Counted from the stretch's first letter, positions 24,201 through 26,041 are shown. The stretch: 62,491 bases of DNA from Candidatus Omnitrophota bacterium (GCA_030650275.1 JAUSEK010000026.1:1-62491); one strand, 5' to 3'. Numbers and translations are program-made. Notes: generated by a model from the letters alone, not told the origin.

Positions 24201-26041
24201 TCAGAGAACTTGTCGTTCTTGGGTCGCCGCGTCAGGAGGACAGGGAAGTATTCTTGCTGGCGCGTTATGGCGGCGGCAATGTACGGTCATTGTCCGCCGG
24301 GAAAGGCAGATCAGTGCTTGGTCTTGGAGTTCAGCCGATTACTGTTGATGGCGAGGAACAGCATCAAGGTAGCAAAACAAGCCAAGAAGATCATGTAGGG
24401 AAGGATTGGATTCATAGTGCTCTCCTTGTTTCAGACACATTACCTAACAGCATTATAGCCGATGCAAAGAACATCGCAAGGCAAAATACTCCTAATATAA
24501 AGATCGGAGCATCGAATGTTCCCAATACAACTTGGCCTATGATCAATCCGGAAAAACACAAATTACCGGAATTGAACAGAGCTTTTCCCATTTCCTTCGA
24601 CTGGACTTCGTTGAACTTGAGGTTAATACTGAACGGCGGCATGACAGGTCTCCTGCGGTTATTTGGGGAGAGAGTAGTTGGTACAACAAGCGCGGGGAGC
24701 GCTTCGATTGAATTTAATGTAGCATCGGCCGGTGGCTTTGTCAATATTGTTCTGGTGTTGAGCCTTGGGCTTGCGGCCGCGCTGGCTCCCCACATTGCGT
24801 ATTTGCTTGGTGTTTCTACGGGGCTTGTCCCGCTTGGCGCAACTATACTGATCGTACTGGCGGGGACCATATTTAGTATATGGATCATCGCCGGCCGGAG
24901 TGCGTTATCACGATTAGTCTTGTTTGTCAGATACGGCCTAAACCTGATTGGTTTTTTCCTCTTTGTCGGTACGCAAAATTTTCTTGTTTACAGCGTTTTA
25001 CTTCTACGCGCGACAGGATGGGCATATTTGCCTGCTTCAGTTGGAGATGTGGTGAAGGCGGCGATAATTTGGGTGGCGTCAACGGTGATTCTGTTGGTAG
25101 CGGGTCAGTGGATGACCCGTTTTATTGAGGATATGGGGGATCGTGTTGGAACGTTTATGACATGGTTTCGGTCGGACGAAATCAAACAAGCGAAGGCTGA
25201 GGAGGTTTTTCAAGAGTTCAAACGCGATGGGATTGTTCGTGTCCGTTGTGATCCACGTCTGGCCGCTGGTTTGCGTCTGGTTTCTGGCGTTGAGCCGACA
25301 CAATTCTACGAGCAAGTCCAAGAGGGAGGTCGGGATTGGACGACCGGAACGATTCTCTTTACGCCGGCGTTGACGGTCTCCAAACAGGTGATACGTTATC
25401 TCATCGTGCGCCGTGCCCTTTCGGCATATTACGATGCAACACAGGGATCTTTGCATCAAAACAATCTTCTTGAGTTTCCATTCTTGGGGGGAGACCTTTT
25501 TTGGCCGTTATGGGGAGACTGGGAGTCTTTGAAGCGGGGATACCGCTATCCGGTGATGATTCCGTACATTTTACTTCATCAGGTTTTCGTAAGCTCAGTT
25601 GCTCTTGTGGGCTTTGTCTTATTGTGGATAAATCCGTCAATGGAGATACTTTTGACTGCAGGATCCGGTAGAAGTGAAGTAACGCGAAGGATTTTTTGGC
25701 ACGTTAAGCAGTTTATTTTTCGATATCCGGTGGAGGACGGTCGCATCAGGTCCTGGTTAAGGGGCAGGCATCTTTTCAGTTTTGCCTTCCCTCTGGCTCT
25801 GACATTTCCGCTGTGGGCAACACCGCAGCACCTTGCCGTGCTCACAGCCATGGGGTTGTTGATCGTGAAGGCGGTTTTGTTGACGGGTATTGTGGCAGGA
25901 GCGGTGTGGCTTTTTCACCGCGCCGGGCAAAGAAGATCAGTGCTTGGCCTTGGAGTCGCGCCTGTTGCCGTTAATGGCAATGGCACCGATGACCAGAGCA
26001 AAGCAAATCAGAAAAAGATAGAGAAAAAGGGGACACCATAA
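2..26041 (+). CDS. Giant multidomain membrane-associated protein, 5'-partial (at least 8,663 aa)
   Basis: ORF track gives 50..26041. The frame is also stop-free from base 2 (PPRVIAYTVGDQTTYV before the ATG at 50), so the true start lies upstream of the window. Many recognisable domains share the frame; stop TAA at 26039-26041. Confidence 0.92.
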   Translation, partial: PPRVIAYTVGDQTTYVMPDDDIRTHLSRRGDTSDEIEGFIERVKQHERLHRERNGRGDALSDPAQEERAIFALQDTDASWWKDPKRTNVVMSVPIFSLRREVNDPGIGKFTDIGPYYRDHLAPLGIDAVLLLPHYATIDGSPYAVASPYSLNEDFIDWMEVDEVREEAAMYPDVLQELTAPSSEQQAVHHGSLHHRERAMALRAAERFWTREVPADSTRGKMFDDFVQRNRPWLDDYAEFMAVHEILGGECLTWSSQALEQAKREQTYSALVRLHMYAQWVADEQLRAAIAMVHEHGGKVLFDVPMFRGKNSVDVWKHRDHFKKAENPDRYPGIVRGELNERWGDLALWNWTRAGQEGYRFMLDPVAHWLDMGFDGARIDALHMAYNNGYGQLVSGDEPGNAYVSALARVFQEREKLSVAEAYEGRSGDIARRGFITVLGDWKRLSDHDGTDVNPRDPRYDDTRETFIQNFNAYMNSGNFSGKNARFIALVLGHQWGDPMPIKRITGDNGTRRSIWHYRIPLQSDADYKNRARFDAGDYLAAIKAIRQGNIWQAGDAISRTLSAAADTFVKHVNGTVEIWASSRDWFQQQWGRDTLIALPGLLLAMGRFDEARENIRSFARLQRNGLVPNRIQDTQHPERTEYNTVDGSMWFIQAIQSYVEATGDWNFVNEMLPTMRAIVESYQHGTEYERFEWPHRIYRIYMDPQDGLIVSPAQATWMDADPHHRGPVTPRDGKAVEINALWYADLKFLAEVEEQAGERSRAEAHRDLAGRVKISFNAKFWNAPEGALLDVIEGTDPYQGAIRPNMLIAVSRGGDLISPERQADVFASATKDLLTPYGLRTLSPRDSHYRGRYETWRQPYPHEADFPNHKDFAYHQGTVWPWLIGPYVDTLARVRQQQGVGEDEIQDEIRRLLSPLIEFLMTSPVGNIPEVFDGDAPHRAGGTRAQAWSVSEVLRVLTEYGVLGPPRDAGLAVPGLIALISAAAVGSFAQEIRETHPAEHRQLVEYGNLLARFEVQLTDQESTGPPWHPRYVKYTLGNEIYGIPDDEIRRQMNVWQIPTETIESFIKFINEHEEWHRLRNIGGIALSDPDAEEHAILTIQVNSIVQKSISSSAVSPVKDATALITHAAALMGKVRALLDEIETLRQLNLTLKEWALIRKTTINADARILPEGHLPDDGLLMEHRWIQAAKARELPEHILNFADNHEAELNFTETMLGNPIEFLKRAQILIAESPVLSEQTVLNITALVESANIRVDGVNQRVGPVRSRLNTFQSKMAKELRKATMAWGRNDGPGLQDPHEIFSYLLITLVTAAAVGLWLAAKWFIRNRGTVFRQRSADFLELLAARVDPKRISRSRLQEQAWIDSLTGLHNQRFFEAIMEKYVAIAKRSKTKLSMIIFDVDGLKQVNDRYGHIAGNRVLRHIADKLRDVVRDSDETARWGGDEFTVLLLNADLNGAAIVAEKIRAAVETPISAIIGAEMLPGQEDRKIAVSLGVAEYVQGDTGQSFLRKADSALYQAKRAGRNGVVVAATEMDQPPVPFVRHIVLQGRDYTMMYAVANPQTAAAVANLVLTSEARIAKAGGLNEWEGHLIARGRRNPAWFIRYVQQVLKENPYSLVARDAQEKIQGVVFVSLVDAKSAEELPARHTLMRYAHQRQGVRSAMVDFWVTGAVSGMADELLLSTKHLAQHLNRMQPETCRIERLFAYSTPRSYKEADDVSRAVIGPLSIEFYLASGNDPVLHGYHVRLGGTIVRIISKAWSSRHSNLGYAVVVQHPLIEPSKPFDPTTLSSWIFPTLLAAGLLARVLGLDMDHAGQQAGLFYGWLVNSLAGAVIVVWQWLRTHGIRLLPDGRYVYIARLVRRLAREDSPSLVSMDRVMDVLVQDHELMALISENRLLDPMARLIERFTEGAHIFRFNKSQQEAFVKMFEDKYTRTVSFDRDGLWVVELYTRPVTWKQKWQAFDESPEPIGTFRFYYHQNGKGPSLQIGYPEIHSDYRGRHLYSETVRAIVDVNNISYGTRVWHVVDEIRTLEALYGKIVGGQDEEAYPDRPEADRKILLRADIVHELNRRFGGVWRDEEFLKATVLGRPLAGLDRLALKATEGGLWMTGINGERAPAWEGPQAPSWLEDFWQDHPVIANPAEQERLKQWETGFVERLHDRFLLPLEDIRTFLEDVRQAMTVGQPDTRMDTRGVDIFLAQQGPSALTRVDAAYLRKRFEEFVPLYNNMAAALNGHAPVFGRARLLEEVFFTHLFLGRRFDMSAAQAHWAVNLYRQNNIPQGIILGWLARHSLKTAMNEEQAWLAFERDPNLMLRLAGLLTEDAHSGLHLVFYRLIKAKALSNVQHLAVLSADDEDGRREAFSRGLYKVIRAAIGYSYLAGHRIQKRMLSPKERESLRQIYAALLNFIPLAVKVVPLRVSRPSKHRRSFPITPGSKANDEKKKARRVDERLRQTRGLNFNDLRNFTPQDVDKHIDGGRNGPRLGDPHEAFSFILYILVTAAAAAVMWFVRSVRAELAGDLKQLERSKRDSGKIRMTFWVSTLAVGGAEKVVLDLMNNIDTRRFDIITETRDSKERYDVEITGAQRRGMYFIIKPLLYSKFRQYLSNRSGILRLLRLMLLLARSLRQAPIEYFIHKNTRPRIYHIHEYGIRQSGKKAIAKLAGVPVVMTTYHTFPKSNGPIRSLDDMITWANHFITRISFHYIDDVIVALTEAEKQEHIRVNRVPAEKIVVIPNGIDQRLFMEQADVEKVLDVRRKLHLPEDAFVVGAVGRLSLEKGHRHLVEAARIVLEEIPQAYFLIIGEGTERGNLTRQIEAAGLRGRVVMPGVQTHDSLPLYLAAMDVFTMPSLIEGQPLAKIEAMASGKAVIASKVGGMPETLDGAGILVPPADPQTLAREIIRLAKDPELRARLGRAARERAQLFSVEKMVEDYARLYQRLAANRGISLQPASASIDSGRNGMPKHEERHIPYGIHSRGWRNNNDVGHNLSGEWYRAPHGRRGVVEISIPVMGKFWTSMWARGDWTAFGRGYFGEMLTFLENFIEDVRRQNPAARLVDFGTGNLEVPRIIRDALTDFTVYAFDVADPSWLYRPDADHFFKTDIEAVGLLDGQVHAVTAVYVLEYARRMDNVLREIHRVLKPGGLAAIIAIHPRSKLVEFAAQNVNKGETWLKEMKPGLRGPDHLEIHKAGILARLNIIKWRLERAAEIPDTEEGMNAWLRRHGFVDIKLEHLHDQDSLLAWGVRVRKPVSNQSPAAPSASANLSGLDLHSLHDITHVFWLALGFVIAIVAAAVKRIRKGRQVHYYPTVDSWQEHERAVNFHSHAAHKTTRRALRIMDSVFAAFLAIGIIDVFLGGLGIAPLLRLVFSYLFANILVAVLVWLHEFVHVLFVPKEDRTLKNFWGNMSGSNWLHLAFRRPYTVPGRLPYVQIMSDLSDARRRWVNYSALIFTFLSSSAIVFVSWILFTRGTWPMPAGLAAIVAFRSAWAGDFRNPSKHTFHWGASDPGPTGPADEDIFGDLAHTLEKYFNSMDFPDSMAEDARHEFFGRLLQNIVEDRRLKHGILMSWVLWSLRSYEHGVNPLERVFDILGTPMPPQKMIRSAIREFERVLDRATHAVSMPARDYQMVGDRSARSAGRAVVKKQTPKQAPGHRGPTEGNMSGLLPLAAGVVGVGMTVVIAGWILASIYKPQVLKFVAGRAPPGPVRRIVLSVLGRLLPEQFIPIQNHLRRLVKGDFLLLKWLRRSTPILLDLNTTPQTVGPSPDHGTTDPGITVIPTDAGNPNAMGSYEVLYGTRFLGTHEHVALPDKRIVLYQYDELPKELRNVAIGHRRQEFVRWTENKMSQAVGYAHFTTRSAGFALDSVDLAGRRVLDVGMGEGTLAILAAKKGAKSVVGVDVYPRIIDVAQKNAELNRVTSQVRFYIQDAKQSIPGEDGSFDVIIMNVPRYQFYELVGALMLRYPMVQTFILGGSAQSMDRSRVLDISDKVVRLFRRRGFVFTAKFVDTINRYYDGRMWNTYIIHSPSVEAPNALRQYMGSMKTEFTTVVIVLSMFASAPGLPAGVAAAAVLAGLGLLVLGMTVVTGRGKKGPRGLSSKKVKLKAVATKQRYYLMRFILTTVDKGALDRLITHFSAVQKRHVSDVGTAIRQIVEKTRSQWKPDVPVPPEWGDIGRKFFDWAKDQEFVTVRTQQIRERAQELLSGRMRELFEVRAGLVSWRNLGKMNYDPNFLTRALEIIRTNLPLLDDGLIPSPGMAHDDLRGTKAMIMVTGRRVSWEGSLITAGIFGLIGLAAIGGSLSMQGIGLVAISAAGVYVIQGLVIMFLPLAVSRAGSLWARTRWGVPGPPDYPLIKPLRDMRYNYYTPFLEVTDRHQIINARLQAGFLFLPPLLQWIFYLPIGLLRAVHERPAHCTPLARLHEAHNELIAYPLEILFVFTGAIGYAFAATPEALLAGILIGLSIQIILSWWGHGREQAFREAVPDIILKADRPGLISRRVVLRTLVAGIAGTAVIWKMGDLQDPLEEQTAKQRGYEDWFADRDEWLAEGDMVNAALANRRGELLRAAQMVPVMAQMSPRVFYTWIASVESLEFFRGRAEPDGKIARGELQAWIEGYRNLSRQPNTPAPDMKTVEEVQQQLRLLAAQVAINPRDRRNPIPDRRPEARSVLDRRTMFAVMLGLPKLPPAPARLILDVGAGDGRTTQALALSNPNARIIMIDPSTNSFEAAKQRLKSFPNVEFVGRHVEQWDSSGLAGSADHIYFLFPFFLYRPYKHPISADTARRIAEKIFGLLMPGSGEFVMVTEFPEIISVFIKAFRAAQLQVDSEKVPTGDLVQHVPVAIHSDIYAYISKATEARFKTVLIIHARKPVEGISSPAKRGLSKLTVFLLAAGAGLTQLFVAAPWIGRVHAVGFAMVLLGFGVAMLGGNLAKLTRVLKRWREVSRFTAQERQDFTFFTRETIDTLAAGRPQKERDRFFKRIALKPLTKIHILLRYDSHLWRDLFFVAIISVLGAFEGWILGRALLHFGNTGVAIITWLGGIVFGTFALVRSRLPARSSANIIACIIPGGTTIFVNRRLTAGRRDRFVAAVPHETAHLLHEYELAAKDTSSVIQGVVELLWGEKTGRDTVIGDPGWYDEGRRLATIQDPAQRERELLQFSRREAHADDWAQSVVSGPGHPEPESMRPYGVALASYIYETIGRLRLEGAPFPERFGDINLYLRANLNLETRDIASVEQIAEAIARTSTLSPATVDTVLDNFTLSPEIRQGVAQLALKGGIVSHLRHFEVRRSRSAPPAVVRRSPEDPGHERHRSWGRQPRPRWLGGDEDVESDPLNGDWAIPALLRHHPKKPIVPSASDASPEPSRRAAAPSVLPASDVLVGLRTAMLRPGDRVLHVGSGRSRLPFLDASLGASDVFVTDARPGSLQVVAHPGVTFISRPVDVTRLNEDLRQERFDQITMWNVLSEAYFQGDRAHALMELIRALRPHGRIWVTDDHVRLSNGEARYVHDLLPEVADAMGYRIKVLAGPKDLPGAYADVLAYELWPDHRIDKLKGLSKTSVFLLAAGAGLTQLFVAAPWIGRVHDAGLAMVLLGFGAAALGAGLAVSIKEKLAMAREHLPWTTGAVAGALVIIPFLRWNFSDPDNLLVGNLMVWAQVLLTGFLSGFGVEARGTFVNFMTMIFLPFVELTLARLWLRVAVNNVRATFFGGLFFGLSAAFFGYAIGHPLLDLARMALGSPPQDSISNIITFWIRGGQFLKVAPTVPQFLEVVAAVFGVWYLSERSARWIDGKIEPRLRRRVERRRLAVEKAVRIADQAARRAERQAERAVESIRKEKPKKKIVAPAVTKTAAPASQEIIKPAKAAAPTIATPIETAEPASVEEPFVLSALSISDLESPDTAEPFILTSLDIIEPEFDFEFNVALGSAEEPYTGQSNLDFETPMPESAPAPSAADESVAEDLDSWLGDDELGREIAARLGQMPVEEVESLLDLVWSDPSLSYAEKRQMLADLLPKENILIEQTLRFDLGRDPLGLSLIVWLETMTVPEIQQRFKDIHGRKALIKKVLQRSMNPQMAELIADAARRSGQRPLIVIERVADILGKGAAKRSVQAVVEQIRSPSSDDDLIRFASKLSALLLAAGVSLFGLGLNIPVHVQEWFHTAGLAMVLLGFGVAVLGMAVAQSPSTVMRIRGELAKRQAQHPEELINVTAIAKVLHLSRQAIYDAFERDPALEKEFRRAHHASAQAQIRRRPTRSRVGSSDARLRASNRNLLQAQRAHSRSMGARLRPAVGKIVAAYQERLLTLDCRLDATTAALEHGPPALAAIQSEVVVDWTFSRDRRRDDAVRQFLASKGVVTGGDLLAVYGKLRRYYAADRRFRLIRAALRERIGPAFLDDWTFKSNLQFDARIKKVLFTAQPPIFIMQQLLACTEADLQDLSLGPTIIRAIQAALRRHGRTLHQNAAAPSGGTALLAAADNSQRIVCRIGIIGGTGWVGSQFTRWLLRKSNRTIDVLVRPGSPRIASIPNSPAVHLRTAALLDLDEMGSWVRDNDVLFDFAAWSNLPPEPSDQEKWQLNVLAHAYRVALAGRHGTHIIFPSSSTVYRLHAGDADPPLKEDDLRPDPVVDQFIQVTVEQFSAYATGVLGGAPQRDEEFIKDFLYDHPVPANVSFYPLSKLIAERLVLGHEHALVLRFPEAYGPGETAHKAIPNMLRAIVEGAMQLGVRDDQKQFIFIEDVFRVLEVTMDARVDPARRVMNVPGPQVLDTFADVIPEIRRITGSTIQFNRVTGLQNPAMDGSRLQEQLGVVPGVLLEEGLSHTYAWWQSRSSHAAPTDAAPAVSKMGLSKLSVLLAAVGVGLFGLGLNIPVHVQAWFHTAGLVMILLGAGVAVLGMAGYKGKSFKRWKREKDLRYKHGGAAFRALVPTGMALHFTGLVSGIRHLRMSALPHMGWWPALGMTTGILLASLGWSIAASWVVEADQHRQQQKQSRLRFFGGVEHLPYMTPIAIGTLMVVVFQYMAVSILVERGVSVVLSTAEVMGSIVGLWGIYKTARTRSVLAMFILAGLYAWWFGVPFSGLLARLGWVGIVAVLAGAAVPPDRKLIESLTGQGNTLRRSALKFKADRRFKDVRTASQQAEGMFLEAVRLGQDDPSTLMARHALGQLYYDRGAYYRGIEVLEEALDLIGRFRDANPQARRLMKFLAGQESLMLVTLAGMLLKNWRLQEAFKILTAGDPAVLKPQFMESPGAHRILADALIQAMRPAEAINVLTTNGIHLKPLLARYPGFSQRLLDTALSRIRDQGTVKPVDGDIQFCPLEIIDMARALAQKNNLNVGDLIREGIKGLREADRTYDPKKGDSFKTFALKRVRGAMKDFIRRDRAARQYGGGSVPDRASGGKWPGKWQRSYDRIQEQVTRWTGNKALGWWAGQALAPGFTESVVFVGGTSLLLSLGANALKSWAFGLPLAMAPPVLLTLVFTPFLLFAWRRFHGRQNLFAADLALINHLSLYRAGLTVFILVLAHAGSMLVIGSYLTALWISHTPVNARHNPFRGDHGHDLHNFPVARWLRERRGRMTLRDNEGRVFEFRYSGPFPVFFDHQHLLTIFHDGRQIGYAHFMVKGGQARMSTTFGGRPAIMVDKAHRHRGLGRSLIMLLSQLAGASGAKRVLAKDVLPEETGFYEALGFQRVPSGHAWRLSYELLSFETFSMSKILSPVAAPLVADKSDPQGTTFFAPVSVLALTARSWAPLLGLSPEAALLMQAIGLAIGLVAMAIWFYVRGRSVLGLGVMPVAVNGNGTDDQSKANHKKIGPFKTDHKTPLSLFKSIIAAANRIKKQNHPIINISQKIVRATTWPKTSVTAAKLPRLKNALLNSLRWVGLNLMLNNMTGLLRIILGRWIGTTSVGNAWMKRFNVTSGYGFVNIAASAVVITFGLFAAASALTPSASVVHDIGWGGVLAAGIAAVTIAATVNGWLRRSPDRMVKVAGPPQIAWSRHMDIGQMQRTVFRGPSGSLERLLGEVLAVHKPVVDAGSGESGALEGVSQASAGAVVFHNPSPDEPTLKDFARALYVLEPGGWFVVHLSGGFFDQEKRLVQMLYQFSRARAGFRELVVLGSPRQEDREVFLLARYGGGNVRSLSAGKGRSVLGLGVQPITVDGEEQHQGSKTSQEDHVGKDWIHSALLVSDTLPNSIIADAKNIARQNTPNIKIGASNVPNTTWPMINPEKHKLPELNRAFPISFDWTSLNLRLILNGGMTGLLRLFGERVVGTTSAGSASIEFNVASAGGFVNIVLVLSLGLAAALAPHIAYLLGVSTGLVPLGATILIVLAGTIFSIWIIAGRSALSRLVLFVRYGLNLIGFFLFVGTQNFLVYSVLLLRATGWAYLPASVGDVVKAAIIWVASTVILLVAGQWMTRFIEDMGDRVGTFMTWFRSDEIKQAKAEEVFQEFKRDGIVRVRCDPRLAAGLRLVSGVEPTQFYEQVQEGGRDWTTGTILFTPALTVSKQVIRYLIVRRALSAYYDATQGSLHQNNLLEFPFLGGDLFWPLWGDWESLKRGYRYPVMIPYILLHQVFVSSVALVGFVLLWINPSMEILLTAGSGRSEVTRRIFWHVKQFIFRYPVEDGRIRSWLRGRHLFSFAFPLALTFPLWATPQHLAVLTAMGLLIVKAVLLTGIVAGAVWLFHRAGQRRSVLGLGVAPVAVNGNGTDDQSKANQKKIEKKGTP
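260..1570 (+). other. 4-alpha-glucanotransferase (GH77/MalQ-like) domain in giant ORF
   Basis: VPIFSLR..GIGKFTD, SPYAVASPYSLN, YAQWVADEQL, LFDVPMF, WGDLALWNW; RID, AE and HD catalytic-type motifs present. Confidence 0.8.
1736..2880 (+). other. Amylo-alpha-1,6-glucosidase (glycogen debranching enzyme C-terminal) domain in giant ORF
   Basis: WGRDTLIALPGL, YNTVDGSMWF, TWMDA, TPRDGKAVEINALWY, IRPN, LLTPYGLRTLSP, YHQGTVWPWLIG, IPEVFDGD..AQAWSV. Confidence 0.88.
3089..3304 (+). other. Repeated HExxH module, copy 2 (in giant ORF)
   Basis: PRYVKYTLGN..PDDEIR..IESFI..EHEEWHRLRN.GGIALSDPDAEEHAI; HEEWH at 3218-3232. Confidence 0.7.
3866..3960 (+). repeat. GRN(D/G)..DPHE.FS..LVTAAA transmembrane linker, copy a
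   Basis: Shares AGACCCGCACGAG and ATTAGTGACAGCCGCGGC with 7409-7512. Confidence 0.75.
4085..4585 (+). other. GGDEF diguanylate cyclase domain in giant ORF
   Basis: DSLTGLHN, FDVDGLKQVNDRYGHIAGN, RDSD-ETARW-GGDEF (4322-4336), ADSALYQAKRAGRN. Confidence 0.92.
4640..5330 (+). other. Possible GNAT-like domain in giant ORF
   Basis: Alpha/beta pattern ending DPVLHGYHVRLGGTIVRII..SNLGYAVVVQH; weak family recall. Confidence 0.35.
5880..6080 (+). other. GNAT-like acetyltransferase motif in giant ORF
   Basis: IGYPEIHSDYRGRHLYSETV resembles the acetyl-CoA-binding motif A. Confidence 0.45.
7409..7512 (+). repeat. GRNG..DPHE.FS..LVTAAA transmembrane linker, copy b
   Basis: Homologous to 3866-3960; its first 20 nt match 8840-8859 at 19/20. 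Confidence 0.75.
7586..8800 (+). other. GT-B family 4 glycosyltransferase domain in giant ORF
   Basis: GGAEKVV, VIPNGID, VGAVGRLSLEKG, DVFTMPSLIEGQPLAKIEAMASG (E-X7-E), VGGMPE. Confidence 0.92.
9137..9720 (+). other. Class I SAM methyltransferase fold #1 in giant ORF
   Basis: LVDFGTGNLE, AFDVA, YVLEY..VLREIHRVLKPGG. Confidence 0.8.
9960..10440 (+). other. Intramembrane HExxH (site-2/M50-like) segment in giant ORF
   Basis: Hydrophobic helices with LVWLHEFVHVLF (HEFVH at 10118-10132). Confidence 0.5.
11555..11990 (+). other. Class I SAM methyltransferase fold #2 (PrmA-like) in giant ORF
   Basis: GRRVLDVGMGEGTLAILAAKKGAKSVVGVDV..AQKNAELN; FDVIIMNVP. Confidence 0.85.
14012..14545 (+). other. 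Class I SAM methyltransferase fold #3 (TrmB-like) in giant ORF
   Basis: ILDVGAGDG, IIMIDP, DHIYFLFP, GEFVMVTE. Confidence 0.75.
14576..14716 (+). repeat. TM-hairpin cassette copy 1 (GLSKLTVFLLAAGAG...AMVLLGFGVAMLG)
   Basis: High nucleotide similarity to 16589-16730, 18306-18452 and 20434-20586. Confidence 0.9.
14960..15700 (+). other. TM-anchored zincin-like segment in giant ORF
   Basis: Two TM helices, then FVAAVPHETAHLLHE (HETAH at 15209-15223). Confidence 0.5.
16088..16560 (+). other. Class I SAM methyltransferase fold #4 in giant ORF
   Basis: PGDRVLHVGSG, FVTD, FDQITMWNVL, LIRALRPHGRIWVTD. Confidence 0.75.
16589..16730 (+). repeat. TM-hairpin cassette copy 2
   Basis: GLSKTSVFLLAAGAGLTQLFVAAPWIGRVHDAGLAMVLLGFG; middle nearly identical to copy 1. 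Confidence 0.9.
18306..18452 (+). repeat. TM-hairpin cassette copy 3
   Basis: SKLSALLLAAGVSLFGLGLNIPVHVQEWFHTAGLAMVLLGFGVAVLGM. Confidence 0.9.
18533..18601 (+). other. Helix-turn-helix motif in giant ORF
   Basis: INVTAIAKVLHLSRQAIYDAF. Confidence 0.65.
18911..19292 (+). other. Tandem RNA polymerase alpha-CTD-like repeats in giant ORF
   Basis: Two DWTF-starting units. The second (ARIKKVL..IFIMQQLLACTEADLQDLSLGPTIIRAIQAALRRHGRTL) follows the alpha-CTD pattern [47 protein letters not shown]. Confidence 0.6.
19363..20390 (+). other. NAD-dependent epimerase/dehydratase (extended SDR) domain in giant ORF
   Basis: IGIIGGTGWVG, FPSSSTVY, YPLSK (YxxxK), LRFPEAYGPG, FIFIEDV. Confidence 0.88.
20434..20586 (+). 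repeat. TM-hairpin cassette copy 4
   Basis: GLSKLSVLLAAVGVGLFGLGLNIPVHVQAWFHTAGLVMILLGAGVAVLGM; middle matches copy 3 at 68/71 nt. Confidence 0.9.
21300..21800 (+). other. TPR-like helical repeats in giant ORF
   Basis: AEGMFLEAVRL..ARHALGQLYYDRGAYYRGIEVLEEALDL. Confidence 0.6.
21848..22033 (+). other. Sigma-70 region 2-like domain (FliA-type pattern) in giant ORF
   Basis: DLIREGIKGLREADRTYDPKKGDSFKTFALKRVRGAMKDFIR. Confidence 0.8.
22600..22990 (+). other. GNAT acetyltransferase domain in giant ORF
   Basis: IMVDKAHRHRGLGRSL..FYEALGF. Confidence 0.8.
23231..23335 (-). CDS. Nested antisense small membrane protein B1, 34 aa (MIGLEWSYLFMICFALVIGAIAINGNRHDSKAKH)
   Basis: SD-like AAGGGGTG upstream; ATG overlaps the TGA of ORF A1 (ATGA); one TM helix plus basic tail; homologue at 24311-24415. 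Confidence 0.7.
   Translation of the reverse strand: MIGLEWSYLFMICFALVIGAIAINGNRHDSKAKH
23332..23544 (-). CDS. Nested antisense 2-TM small protein A1, 70 aa (MLFSIRFNPTQRKELSKAFFNLGNL...)
   Basis: AGGAGG 6 nt before the ATG at 23544; conservative substitutions relative to homologue 24412-24642. Confidence 0.75.
   Translation of the reverse strand: MLFSIRFNPTQRKELSKAFFNLGNLAAVTLVFGQVVARTIFWEIFIMGWFCFLILFAAAIMLLNNERGVL
23621..23649 (-). promoter_or_regulatory. Sigma-70 promoter of nested antisense unit 1
   Basis: TTGACA (23649-23644), 17 nt spacer, TGn-TACATT (23626-23621). Confidence 0.75.
23948..24290 (+). other. Degenerate SAM methyltransferase fold #5 in giant ORF
   Basis: PVVDAGSGE..FARALYVLEPGGWFVV. 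Confidence 0.55.
24311..24415 (-). CDS. Nested antisense small membrane protein B2, 34 aa (MNPILPYMIFLACFATLMLFLAINSNRLNSKTKH)
   Basis: AAGGAG 6 nt before ATG; ATGA overlap with the A2 stop; same length as B1. Confidence 0.7.
   Translation of the reverse strand: MNPILPYMIFLACFATLMLFLAINSNRLNSKTKH
24412..24642 (-). CDS. Nested antisense 2-TM small protein A2, 76 aa (MPPFSINLKFNEVQSKEMGKALFNSGNL...)
   Basis: AGGAG SD before the ATG at 24642; homologous to A1. Confidence 0.75.
   Translation of the reverse strand: MPPFSINLKFNEVQSKEMGKALFNSGNLCFSGLIIGQVVLGTFDAPIFILGVFCLAMFFASAIMLLGNVSETRRAL
24716..24744 (-). promoter_or_regulatory. Sigma-70 promoter of nested antisense unit 2
   Basis: TTGACA (24744-24739), 17 nt spacer, TGn-TACATT (24721-24716). 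Confidence 0.75.
25937..26024 (-). pseudogene. Truncated third copy of small ORF B (LYLFLICFALVIGAIAINGNRRDSKAKH), no in-frame start
   Basis: 25932-26021 matches 23226-23315 at 87/90 nt; upstream part replaced by a palindrome. Confidence 0.7.

Noticed and set aside
23332-24888. Track starts at 23676 and 24888 for the antisense ORFs
   Set aside because: They extend through the predicted promoters; the SD-supported ATGs at 23544 and 24642 are preferred.
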